Source: an uncultured delta proteobacterium (GTDB lineage: Bacteria > Desulfobacterota > WTBG01). From it: 64,000 bases of DNA. The translations under genes were made by a program, and so were the position numbers. Below the pieces are notes generated by a model. It made no database searches. It had not been told where the DNA came from and saw nothing but the letters and a program-made list of their open reading frames with translations. Location: contig CAWCBP010000008.1 in NCBI GenBank assembly GCA_963793865.1, positions 160,001 through 224,000 of the forward strand, given 5' to 3'. Positions 63,454 to 64,000 of this stretch are shown here, piece by piece; positions within the stretch are counted from its first letter, which is position 1, and the number at the start of each line of letters is the position of its first letter.

Positions 63454-63951
63454 ATGATAAGAGCAGCGCAATACGTTTTATGGTTTTTTATTCTGGCAGC
63501 GGTAGTGCCGACGGTACACGCGGATGATACAGCGCTTGACGGCACCTTGTGGATGTACGAGCATGAAAGCGGCTCCAGGCATTATGTGGCTTTTTACGGG
63601 AATTATCATTACCTCAACAGTTCCGGTTCCGGTGCCTGCGATGAAGATTTATGGCTGCGCAGCGCCTTTCCTTATTTGTTTCATAATAATTTTGATGGGT
63701 CAATTACCTATTGTTCAACCCATGTGGCATCAGCCGCCTGGGCAATCAATTGGGGTCGCCTGGACATGGATGCCGGCAACGGTTCATTTAACGCGGCGGG
63801 AATGCTCTACGCAATCTTTATTTACAACCGCAACGAGCCGTATCAGCTGGTATCTGCCGGCTGGAGTCCGCCTGCTCGTGCGGCAGGTCTCGGCCCCTCT
63901 GAGCAGTCCGCTTTTATCCCGGATCTTATCTCAACCGTGTTTGGCCGGTAA
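63454..63951 (+). CDS. Secreted hypothetical protein
   Basis: GGAGG RBS; signal peptide ending VHA; aromatic-rich mature region. Confidence 0.65.
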   Translation: MIRAAQYVLWFFILAAVVPTVHADDTALDGTLWMYEHESGSRHYVAFYGNYHYLNSSGSGACDEDLWLRSAFPYLFHNNFDGSITYCSTHVASAAWAINWGRLDMDAGNGSFNAAGMLYAIFIYNRNEPYQLVSAGWSPPARAAGLGPSEQSAFIPDLISTVFGR

Positions 63952-64000
63952 ACAGCATGTAAGCATCATCACCCGGATGTAGTAAACATGCCCCCCGCTC

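Overview
A GC-rich 64 kb window, most likely from an anaerobic deltaproteobacterium (Desulfobacterota-like). That placement is inferred from desulfoferrodoxin, hcp, an AOR-family oxidoreductase, a CdaA-YbbR fusion and the tRNA-Val-thrS-infC-rpmI-rplT-pheST-ihfA-merR block. Housekeeping content includes xerC, two CNNM/CorC genes, glycogen genes (malQ, CBM48, glgA), corA, transketolase, a beta-CASP hydrolase, pilT/pilU, gatCA, opgGH and pal. The best candidate for an undescribed system is at 33.4-39.0 kb. It holds a secreted ferrochelatase-fold protein with altered active-site residues and a CFI-box-like tail, a TolC-family channel, and two tandem paralogues that follow the HemF (O2-dependent coproporphyrinogen oxidase) motifs but lack key arginines. 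Other notable items are an MshA/MshB/GNAT mycothiol-like operon without MshC, a consensus sigma54 promoter ahead of an RpoD paralogue next to glycogen genes, a c-di-AMP synthase/phosphodiesterase/CorA module, three copies of a ~160 bp MITE, several REP-like and heptamer repeats, a structured orphan RNA-like segment, and a 37-aa desulforedoxin missed by the ORF track. Four frameshifts (xerC, glgA, gatA, a methyltransferase) and one in-frame TAA (histidine kinase) are most simply sequencing errors. All family calls come from motif recognition by eye; no searches were run.
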